Assembly: GCA_020184695.1 (NCBI GenBank)
Contig: JAANOX010000205.1
Span: 806,001-870,000, forward strand
Source: Histomonas meleagridis 2922-C6/04-290x
Lineage: Eukaryota; Protista; Parabasalia
Reading direction: 5' to 3'
DNA: 64,000 bases
Positions 23,298 through 32,107 of this stretch are shown in pieces. Under the pieces are notes generated by a model, which searched no databases, had not been told where the DNA came from, and saw only the letters and a list, made by a program, of their open reading frames with translations. Every line of letters begins with the position of its first letter. Position 1 is the first letter of the stretch. The translations under genes were made by a program, and so were the position numbers.

Positions 23298-24398
23298 TTA
23301 ATAATGATACTTTTGTTGAATCAAAGAATGAAGTCTTTTGATTTTTTGCTCTGAATTGTTTTCATAATCCCTATTATTTCTAGACATATATTTTGTTCGT
23401 TTTGGATTAGACGTCGGGGAAAATGATCTTGTGCCATTTCTTTTTGTTGGTGATGATTTTCTTCTCTTTATACTTCTAACAGGAGATTGATCTCTTGAGG
23501 AATTAGAAGAACTTTTATGTGTTCTAACCCATTCTGTAGGATCAAATCTTTTATATGATGATCTAGATGAATTACTTTTTACAGAACTACTTCTTGAGGA
23601 ACCAGATGAATAATTTCGTTTCGAATCAAGTTGTAATGGTTTTCTATTTTGTGCAGATGAATTTCGTGATTTTGTATTTACTTTTGGTAGAAACTGTCGC
23701 TCATAAAGTGGTATATATTTCGATTGTGAATTTCGACTTTGTAAATGTTGATTTTTGGGTTGTGGATTGATAATGTTTTTCTCAAGAATGGAGATTTTAC
23801 GTCGAAGACTATTGATTATGGCATCTTTCTCTTCAGTGACTTTTTTAAGTGTGTTATTGATTTCATATATTTGCATTTCAAGAGAATGAATTTCATCTTT
23901 TTGTTTGGGAGGTTGTGTAATTCGTGTTAAAAGGCGTCTGTTTTCACTCTTTAAACCACGGATAATGGCGCAAAGTTCGTCATTTGTATATGGTTTTCTG
24001 ACAAGCATTAATGGATATTTAACACTATCAAATTGAGTTGACTGAGTTATCACCAAATATTTTTTATCATCGGTTGGTTTAAGAGATGATGATGAAAGTT
24101 GGCTTTTTTTCTGTAGTGCTAAGATATCTTGTTGACTAAGGATGTTAAGAGATACTTCTTCTGATGTTCCTGAAATTGCAACTTGAAGCATTTTCCAGAA
24201 AACAGAAACACGCTTGAAACTTCCTGTAGCACGAGTCATTTCTTCAATAAAAGAACCTGTGAAATCACCACTCCAACGATCAGGTATATCTTCATCAAGA
24301 AGTAAAACATTAAAAACATCAGCTTGTCGGACAGTTATGCGTACTTTATAATTAGTTCCACGAACAGAAAATGCTGCTTCAATTTGTTCATTATCCAT
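23298..24398 (-). CDS. CCDC61: CCDC61/VFL3 centriolar protein
   Basis: DRWSGDFTGSFIEEMTRATGSFKR...FDSVKYPL head domain, coiled coil and RFDPTEWVR, all matching CCDC61 family motifs. Confidence 0.85.
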   Translation of the reverse strand: MDNEQIEAAFSVRGTNYKVRITVRQADVFNVLLLDEDIPDRWSGDFTGSFIEEMTRATGSFKRVSVFWKMLQVAISGTSEEVSLNILSQQDILALQKKSQLSSSSLKPTDDKKYLVITQSTQFDSVKYPLMLVRKPYTNDELCAIIRGLKSENRRLLTRITQPPKQKDEIHSLEMQIYEINNTLKKVTEEKDAIINSLRRKISILEKNIINPQPKNQHLQSRNSQSKYIPLYERQFLPKVNTKSRNSSAQNRKPLQLDSKRNYSSGSSRSSSVKSNSSRSSYKRFDPTEWVRTHKSSSNSSRDQSPVRSIKRRKSSPTKRNGTRSFSPTSNPKRTKYMSRNNRDYENNSEQKIKRLHSLIQQKYHY

Positions 24399-24521
24399 TT
24401 GTTTCCCTTGTTGATCTTAACGTACTTTAAAAAACTTATTATGTAAACTATTCAATCGTAATTTCAATACTTTAATATATGTCAATATTTTTGAAGTTGA
24501 ATATTAATGCCAACAGTATAA

Positions 24522-26321
24522 ATGGAAGTTGGAGCAAAAATAAATATACATGGGCTTATAGCAACAGTAAGATATATAGGTGATTATCATGTAAAACCTG
24601 GTGTTTGGGTTGGGCTTGAATTAGAAAAACCAAAAGGGAAAAATAATGGAACAATAAAAGGAAAACAATATTTTACTTGCAAAGAACATCATGGATTATT
24701 TGTTAAACTCGAAGATATAATGAAAGTTGCAAAGTTATCAACTCCAACAAAAAAAAATTCAAATGAGACATCAATTCATCAAACACCAACTAAATCTAAT
24801 ATGCCAGCATCACTTTCTAAACCTGTTAAACAATCAAGGCCCAATAATATTCAAACAACACCAAAAAATGATAAAAAGGATGAACTTTCTCTTCCAAAAA
24901 AATTAGACAAAATTAAGAAGCAAATATCAGCAGTAAAAATCAAGCAACTTCAATGTGTTAACGCATACAAACAACAAAAACGTGCTTTTGATAAAGAGAT
25001 TGATAATATCACACAAGAATTCAATGAAGAAAGTGTGAAAACAGAAATCGAATTAGAGTCCGAAGTTCTTGATCTTGAAGAACAAATATATGATTCTTCT
25101 TTGATTACTCGTCATCTAATGGAAATCTCCGATGAAAAAACAGCTCTTAAGCAAATAGATCTTTATACTAATATTAATAACGAATATGCTGAATATGAAA
25201 AAGACTTCGATATGTTTCTTCAATCGCAAAGAATCAATGTTTCGACCGTTAATAATTCCATTAACGTTCTCAATAAACGTCTCCAAAAGTGTCACGAAGT
25301 ACGTGAAAAGCGGCAAGATGAAATGGAACAGCTTCAAACCCAACTTGATGAAACTCAAAAAAATCTAGAAAAGAAGCGACCACAATGGCATGACATTAGT
25401 AATCTTCGTGATAAATACCAACAACTTTCAACTCAAAATTCGGAAATTGAAGAAAAGAATTTTCTTCAAAAAGCGGAACAAAATTCCACCAACGAATTTG
25501 TTAATATTCTTCAAGGTAATAACCTAATTAATTTAGTTTTAGTTACAAAGCGAATTCAAAAGAAATCCCTACTAATTGATGAAACGCCAATCAAAGAAGA
25601 GATATTACACATTTGTGATATAATTTTATTGATTTTTTGTGGGTTTATAAGCAATGAGGAAAAGGCACATGAATTACTTAATGAATTGGAAAAACTTGAA
25701 AAAAGCATTGAAAGCAATACGTTACCGAATAACTTTGACATTTTATACCAATTGATTCAAGATTCGACTTACATTTCTATCGACTTGGTTTTCACATCAC
25801 ACTTCATACGAAAGTCACTTCATATGATCAAAAATGAAAACACTAAAAAAGAATTCGACGGTTTTACGCAAAAGATAACATGTCCAATACACCCATCAAT
25901 ACTTAGAAGTGAGAAAGGTTCTTTTGTGAGTTTTTTTAATTCGCTTAAAGAAGAACTAAAAAAGGCTATAAATGAAGAAGAAGAAATTCAAATTGGAATT
26001 TTTGATGAGACTGCAAATATGTTTGTGTCTGATGTGAAAGAACTAAATGTTTTTGATCAGATTTATCATTTACAAATGTTAAATGTGATTGAAAAAAATA
26101 ATAATTTAGATTTGATAAAAAATAAAAAGCAAAATGAAAAAAATAAATTAAAAGAACAAATACAATTTTTAACAAGGGAAATAAAAATAGAAAGAAATAT
26201 GTTCTTGAAAAAAAAGCAAAAATTGTTGGAATTAAATGAGTCCCTGAAAGAAGAGTTGGAAAAACTTGGAGTAATTAAGAACGAAATTAAGCAGTACCAA
26301 GAAATGGATAATTTTGTATAA
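24522..26321 (+). CDS. CAP-Gly domain coiled-coil protein (dynactin p150-like)
   Basis: VRYIG...GVWVGLELEKPKGKNNGTIKGKQYF CAP-Gly motif followed by long coiled coils. Confidence 0.82.
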   Translation: MEVGAKINIHGLIATVRYIGDYHVKPGVWVGLELEKPKGKNNGTIKGKQYFTCKEHHGLFVKLEDIMKVAKLSTPTKKNSNETSIHQTPTKSNMPASLSKPVKQSRPNNIQTTPKNDKKDELSLPKKLDKIKKQISAVKIKQLQCVNAYKQQKRAFDKEIDNITQEFNEESVKTEIELESEVLDLEEQIYDSSLITRHLMEISDEKTALKQIDLYTNINNEYAEYEKDFDMFLQSQRINVSTVNNSINVLNKRLQKCHEVREKRQDEMEQLQTQLDETQKNLEKKRPQWHDISNLRDKYQQLSTQNSEIEEKNFLQKAEQNSTNEFVNILQGNNLINLVLVTKRIQKKSLLIDETPIKEEILHICDIILLIFCGFISNEEKAHELLNELEKLEKSIESNTLPNNFDILYQLIQDSTYISIDLVFTSHFIRKSLHMIKNENTKKEFDGFTQKITCPIHPSILRSEKGSFVSFFNSLKEELKKAINEEEEIQIGIFDETANMFVSDVKELNVFDQIYHLQMLNVIEKNNNLDLIKNKKQNEKNKLKEQIQFLTREIKIERNMFLKKKQKLLELNESLKEELEKLGVIKNEIKQYQEMDNFV

Positions 26322-26688
26322 ATAAATGTTTTTATAATATTATCTTTTTAATAAAAGATTTTTTAAAGTATATAGCTATATACCACGTTTAGTAGATCAT
26401 AGATATTAATATATAATCTTGTATTTTAATTACAAAAATATATTATTTTTAAATGATTTACTTTAATCAAAAAAAAAGTTAGATGCCGGAGATAGTTTGC
26501 TTGTGTTATCACTAAAAATGATGAATTATTAAGCTTTATTGATCAATATGGGCGCTCAAAAAATAAACGGATTTTTGCCATCTTGCTCAAAATTCAGCTG
26601 CCAATTCAAAAAAAAAGTAAACGGCATAAAAGTGTTGCAAAGATTTTCTGAATTTTAAATTAAAACCGCCATATTTAGCCATTTCAGG

Positions 26689-27213
26689 ATGAGTGAAGAA
26701 GATGTATACGAAGTTGAAGCAATCGTTGGTGAAAGAACCAGGCGTGGAAAAAAGCAATTTAAAGTCCATTGGGTTGGGTATCCAAGCGAAGACGATACTT
26801 GGGAAAATGAAGAAGATGTTGATTGTGATGAATTAATTGAAGAATACCGCGAAAAAGTTAAAAAAGAAATAGAGGAAAACAAATCAAAATCACCAGAAAA
26901 AAAAGGTAGAAAAAGGCATACAAGAAAAATCATTGGCGTATCAAAGAAAGATGGAAAAATTAAATATTCTGTTCAATCATCAAATGGAGATGTATCTACT
27001 TTCTCTTCAAAAGTTCTTATCAAATCAATGGCCAATAAATTAGTTGAGTTTCTTGAAGGTCTTATTCCTGAAGATCAAAGTGTTGACGAACAGAATGAAG
27101 AAAAGAAAGAAGAAAAAAGTGAAGAAAAAAGTGAAGAAAAAAATGATGTATTACCCCTTGTTGAATCTGTTGATGATATTGCTGAACCAGAAAATAATGA
27201 TGTTAATCAATAA
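26689..27213 (+). CDS. Chromodomain protein, HP1-like (chromo + putative chromoshadow)
   Basis: YEVEAIV...KVHWVGYPSEDDTWE; basic hinge; second domain RKIIGVSKKDGKIKYSV...NKLVEFLE. Confidence 0.8.
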   Translation: MSEEDVYEVEAIVGERTRRGKKQFKVHWVGYPSEDDTWENEEDVDCDELIEEYREKVKKEIEENKSKSPEKKGRKRHTRKIIGVSKKDGKIKYSVQSSNGDVSTFSSKVLIKSMANKLVEFLEGLIPEDQSVDEQNEEKKEEKSEEKSEEKNDVLPLVESVDDIAEPENNDVNQ

Positions 27214-27861
27214 ACATCTTTTCCAACCCACCCCTGCGGTTGTGGTCGTATTTCACTAAAAAAGTCTGGCTTTTCGGCGTTCGCATAAAAAAAATTTACT
27301 CGTTTTGTCTCATATGAAACAAATGAATTAATAAACCCTTCAAGTTTTTGTGTGGAAGACATTGTTGTATTCTATTTGACTCCTTTGTGAAAGTGTTTCA
27401 TGTGTATTCCGATTGTTAACGGTTTTGGGGCCGTCCACGAGAATCTTCAGTTCTCAACACACTAAATTTACATTTTTTGTATCGATGTATGCTTTTAACT
27501 TTTGCTTTTTATTTACGGTTTTCCCGCGTGGGAATTGAATACTCATTCAATAATTGAATACAACTCAAAATTACTGGAAAATATCATAATTTCTTCCCAT
27601 GAATACAAGATAATTTAATCCAAAAAAACATTATAGATATTTGTTCTTGAATGTGTAGATTCGATTAATGCTATTGGAATTTTAAAATAAAAATATTTTT
27701 TCAAATTGATCTTATCTCATTTTAGAATTAATTTTTTGAGATTTAATATTAAATTATTTCATTACTTCATATAAGCTATATTATATATTAATTTTATCGA
27801 AAATCATTAAGTTTGATTTTTTAAGTTTAAAAAAAATCAAAAAAATAGGAATTTATTACGG

Positions 27862-28200
27862 TTAGATCGGCGTGCATTCAAAAAAGTGTGTATTTGAATG
27901 GTTTATTATGAAAAGCGCGTATAAAAGTGCCGATGCATTCCACAGTCCAGGGTAAAGCGACATCTTTGATTCGTCTGAAAATAATAATGTGTTAAAGTCT
28001 ATATTGCTATTATATGATGAATATCCAAAAATCATCCTCTTATGAATTTGTTCATCTGTAACAAAGATTTGAATGGGAGCCCTAGTTTTAGCAATCTCGA
28101 TATTGAAATCTGTGATATAATCTCTTTCCATTCAGTATGAAAAACCGTTTCTATCGTGCTACAACCTTTTTGATATCAGTTTATAATAAATAAAAAATAT
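27862..28200 (-). mobile_element. Degenerate IS630-Tc1-mariner (DDE) transposase fragment
   Basis: QIHKRMIFG...NIDFNTLLFSDESK matches the first catalytic Asp motif (W/F-S-D-E-S-K/R). An upstream frameshifted segment EWKEIISQISISRLLKLG resembles the second HTH. No TIRs or remaining DDE residues were found. Confidence 0.65.
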
Positions 28201-28480
28201 TCATCATTGTATTTATGGAGTTCAGCAAATGCATGTGCTACTTCATATCGGCAACTATTAACTTCAGTCCATAACGGTCGCCAGTACGATAGAGTGAAAG
28301 TGTTAAATTAAATAGTTTACTCATAAATTGATTGATTTTTGAGAATTTCCATACACAACAAATCTGATTGGTTCAATCGGAAATTAGAGTGCCCCAATAA
28401 TAAGCACTTTTTAGCAAATGACAAACCGATGGATTTGACAGTTTTGTTTATTGTTTTGAGTGATTTACATAAAGAGAGTT

Positions 28481-29101
28481 ATGGGAATCAAACCTTGGAT
28501 TCTCAATATTATTTGCACAATAGGTTGCTTTGGTATCTTTTCCGGCATAATTGGGATGACAATACAATTTGCATATTGGCATGGGCTTACAGATGACGAA
28601 CTTTATATTATTATATTCAGAAATAATGAATCTGTATTGAGTATAATCGGATGTATTCTTGGGGTTCTCACCTTGATCACCGGTACATTTGCATTCCTAT
28701 TTAACAAAACCAAAATTTTCTTGATAATATGCGGAATTATGTTACTTGCAACTATGTGCTTTAATATAGCTGTCATCCCATCCCTCGATATAGAAGAAGA
28801 AGGCAAAAAAAAGGCAATATTTATAGAGAATTACAAAAATTATACTCCTGCCGAAAAATTTCAAAGTTTCGAAGACGATCAAACCTGTACAGGCTTTGAA
28901 AACATATCTAACAGTTGTCCAGTAACAAGGTATGGTTTAGAATATAAATGCTGCGATGAACCTATTAATGATTATTTCCAAAAGCGTTTCTCAAATAACC
29001 GCAAGTACCTATTAGTGTTCCTTGGTTTTACAGCTGTTGGAATTGTTTTTCTTGGGATAACTATAATTTTGTATTATAAGGAGAAACAGAAAACTCAATA
29101 A
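28481..29101 (+). CDS. Tetraspanin-like four-TM protein
   Basis: Three N-terminal TMs, large loop with Cys residues (CTG, SCP, YKCC), fourth TM and short tail. ATG at 28481. Confidence 0.7.
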   Translation: MGIKPWILNIICTIGCFGIFSGIIGMTIQFAYWHGLTDDELYIIIFRNNESVLSIIGCILGVLTLITGTFAFLFNKTKIFLIICGIMLLATMCFNIAVIPSLDIEEEGKKKAIFIENYKNYTPAEKFQSFEDDQTCTGFENISNSCPVTRYGLEYKCCDEPINDYFQKRFSNNRKYLLVFLGFTAVGIVFLGITIILYYKEKQKTQ

Positions 29102-29549
29102 ATTTTTTATCGAACCGAATTCTTCTTTGCTTCTTTAAGAAATAGTGAATGCGTAACACCCTACCCTTAAGGACGTTTTGATTTTGAATTCGATGGAATT
29201 ATGGGGTACCCGAAATATCGATATCTAAAATGAGTGGAATTTCATCGTCATAAAGGTTTCTTTACAAAATCAAAATTGAATTTATTTGAATGTTTTAGGT
29301 AGTGAGAAATGTGTGGTTTACATTTTCCTTCGGATAACCGTAAAAGCGGGCAAACATTTTTTAATCACGAAAATGCAAATTTTATGATATATATTGATAA
29401 TATTCAAATATCTTGGAACATATACAACCATATATTCAGTAATATTTCATATTTATATAAGTTTGATCTAAATTCTTTCGCACATCTTCAAGAAACTTGA
29501 GAAACAATGGTTTATCAAACCGTTTTGTAAATAGAAACCGTTTTTCATA

Positions 29550-30314
29550 ATGCCTCTAACACCTCAACAAAAACAAAAATGCATTAATATTATGAATAAA
29601 ATGCTAAACTTTAATATATCTAAGATGTTCCTTCAGCCAGTAGATCCAATACGAGACGAATGTTCTGATTATTTTGATGTGATAAAAAATCCAATGGATT
29701 TAGGAACTGCAATGAAGAAACTTCAAAGTGATGAATACCAAACAGTCGAGCAATGGAAAGACGATATCAACTTAATATGGACTAATACGATTACTTATAA
29801 TACGCCCAAAGCTTTAATTTCAACATTAGCCAAAACCCTACAAAATTATTTCAAAGAAGAAACAGCGACATTTTCTTCTGATTCTGAAAATGATTGGAAC
29901 ACAGAATTTGAGAACCTTAAAGCTCAAGTATTGAATTTAATCAAAACTGGACCAAAAGTTGTTCAGCAAAAGCAGACCAAAAAGTCACAGCCATCAAATT
30001 CACAACCAAAGCCCCCTATTCCAAGGTCTGTTTCTGTTCAGCCAAAACCAATAATCCAACCATCTGAACCGGCTCCTTCATCAAGCACATCATCTTCTGT
30101 TCCCTACATCAGCCAAAAGGAAATCATACGATTATCCAAAGAAATAGAACTGATTGAAGATTCTTCGAAACAAGATCAAATCATTTCTTTGATAAAGAAA
30201 AATGAGCCAAAATACGCAATTGGCGATGACGAAATAGAACTTAACTTGTTCAAGCTCAGCCCTGCGACATTAACAGAACTTCGTTCGTTGTTAAACAAAT
30301 TTCAAAATAAATAA
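29550..30314 (+). CDS. Bromodomain protein with C-terminal ET-like domain
   Basis: FLQPVDP, DYFDVIKNPMDLGT, TITYN (conserved Asn); C-terminal EIELNLFKLSPATLTELR. Confidence 0.9.
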   Translation: MPLTPQQKQKCINIMNKMLNFNISKMFLQPVDPIRDECSDYFDVIKNPMDLGTAMKKLQSDEYQTVEQWKDDINLIWTNTITYNTPKALISTLAKTLQNYFKEETATFSSDSENDWNTEFENLKAQVLNLIKTGPKVVQQKQTKKSQPSNSQPKPPIPRSVSVQPKPIIQPSEPAPSSSTSSSVPYISQKEIIRLSKEIELIEDSSKQDQIISLIKKNEPKYAIGDDEIELNLFKLSPATLTELRSLLNKFQNK

Positions 30315-30680
30315 ATTTTTGTGTTGGTTCATGTTTTTATATGTGAATGAATAATATTTGCAATGCCGAAAACGAAATGAAACAAATGCCAAAATATTAA
30401 CAATGTCTTAATAACATTTGAAGAATGAAAATTTAAAGTTACATATCAATACCTATAAATTATTTTTCAAACAATACTACAAATCAAAGATTGAAAACAA
30501 AAAGATTTAATAAATAATTTTTTTTATTAGTAATATTTTCATGTTAAATAATCAAACTTTAAATTAGTATAATATTATTTTAGAAACTATTCGATTCTCT
30601 CATAAATTTGCTAAAAAATTATAATTATAATTAAACAAAAACTTATGAATATTAAAAACAACACGTGAAATTTTTACATA

Positions 30681-31700
30681 TCAATCATCATCGCTCATTG
30701 GTTGAGGTTGTGGTGGTGGACCCTTTGGTTTTGGTGCTTCATCATTAAACACCAAAAATCTTTGGATTCTTTCTTGTCGTTTTTTATTTCTATCATCTAT
30801 GTTATAAGTTAAAGCAGCTGGTAATTTCTTCTGAGGTGCAGCGTTTAATTGTTCCAAGTTTTCATTAATTTCAATTTGTTTAATCATTTCCAATTCTTTT
30901 TCTAATTTTGCAGCATCTTTTTCGGCATTATATTTTTTAATTGATTTGTTTATAATTCTTTTCATATTTCTTTCTTGTTTCTTTTGCTTTTCTTCTTGTT
31001 CTTGTTTCGATTTTTCCATTTCTTTTTGATATTGTATTGCTTCGTTATTTACAGGAATTAATCCAATATCCGCATGATAAAATGTTTTTGCATAATCTTC
31101 TAAATAAAGTTTTGGTCGATATATTTCGTTTTTCTTTTGTTGTAATAGTTTTTGTTGTTCTCTTTCTTCTTCTTTCTCTTTTTCAATTCTCATTACATAT
31201 TTTTCTCTTTTTAACTTTTGCATATTGTTTTCTGACTTTTTAGTTGTTTGCATTCGCTTAACACGTTCGCGGAATGGTTTGTTAGGGTCATTTTCTCTTT
31301 GATATTGAATTGCTTGGTCATAACGTTCTGCATCTAAAATTTCTCTTTCTTTTTGTCTAACAACATCAAGTTTTTGCTGTTCTTCTTCCTTTTGGTTCTG
31401 AATGACTGCGGCATGGTGGGCATTTCCAATATTTTTTTTAGCATTTTCGAGGCGTTTTCGATATAATTCAATCTCTGCTAATTTTGCTTTTCTTTCTTCT
31501 TTTGACATTTTATTTTTCCTCTTGTTGTATTCTAATTTTTCTTTGGAGTATTGTTTTTGTTGATTTTGTGTAAAATTTGAAAATTGTTTTCGAACTTGCT
31601 TCATTCTTTCAATCCTTGTGATCCTTAACTGCTCCTTTATATACGCTTCCTTTTCATTTGGAGAAAGAAACTCTAATCCTTCATATTCATCTCCAAACAT
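30681..31700 (-). CDS. Coiled-coil hypothetical protein
   Basis: Glu/Lys/Gln-rich heptads; ATG at 31700. Confidence 0.65.
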   Translation of the reverse strand: MFGDEYEGLEFLSPNEKEAYIKEQLRITRIERMKQVRKQFSNFTQNQQKQYSKEKLEYNKRKNKMSKEERKAKLAEIELYRKRLENAKKNIGNAHHAAVIQNQKEEEQQKLDVVRQKEREILDAERYDQAIQYQRENDPNKPFRERVKRMQTTKKSENNMQKLKREKYVMRIEKEKEEEREQQKLLQQKKNEIYRPKLYLEDYAKTFYHADIGLIPVNNEAIQYQKEMEKSKQEQEEKQKKQERNMKRIINKSIKKYNAEKDAAKLEKELEMIKQIEINENLEQLNAAPQKKLPAALTYNIDDRNKKRQERIQRFLVFNDEAPKPKGPPPQPQPMSDDD

Positions 31701-32107
31701 TTTTTTTCTCTTAACGTACAAAATACTTTCTTGCAAAATTTAATCAAGCAGCATATCCAAAATCCTAACTTTAATAGAGTTGAGAATAATTTTTAATTTT
31801 AATCGAACCAATATGGCCTACGTTTAATCATTTAATATATTTCATAAAATCTTTTAAAGAATTCTTGATTCCTAAACTACCAAATCAAGTAAAGTGGTTG
31901 AAGAAAGACTTCCCAACGATAGAATCGAATGAATGAAAAATCATCGGATTTATATTCAAAAACAGAAGTGTTTCGGAAGCCACTTTAAATATTGGAACAA
32001 AATTGTTATCTCCACATTCGAATTTAAGACAATTACAAACATTTGTTTCGATTTGGTTTTTCTTAGACATTATCCAACATAAAATTTTATAAATTTTTTA
32101 CCAAATT

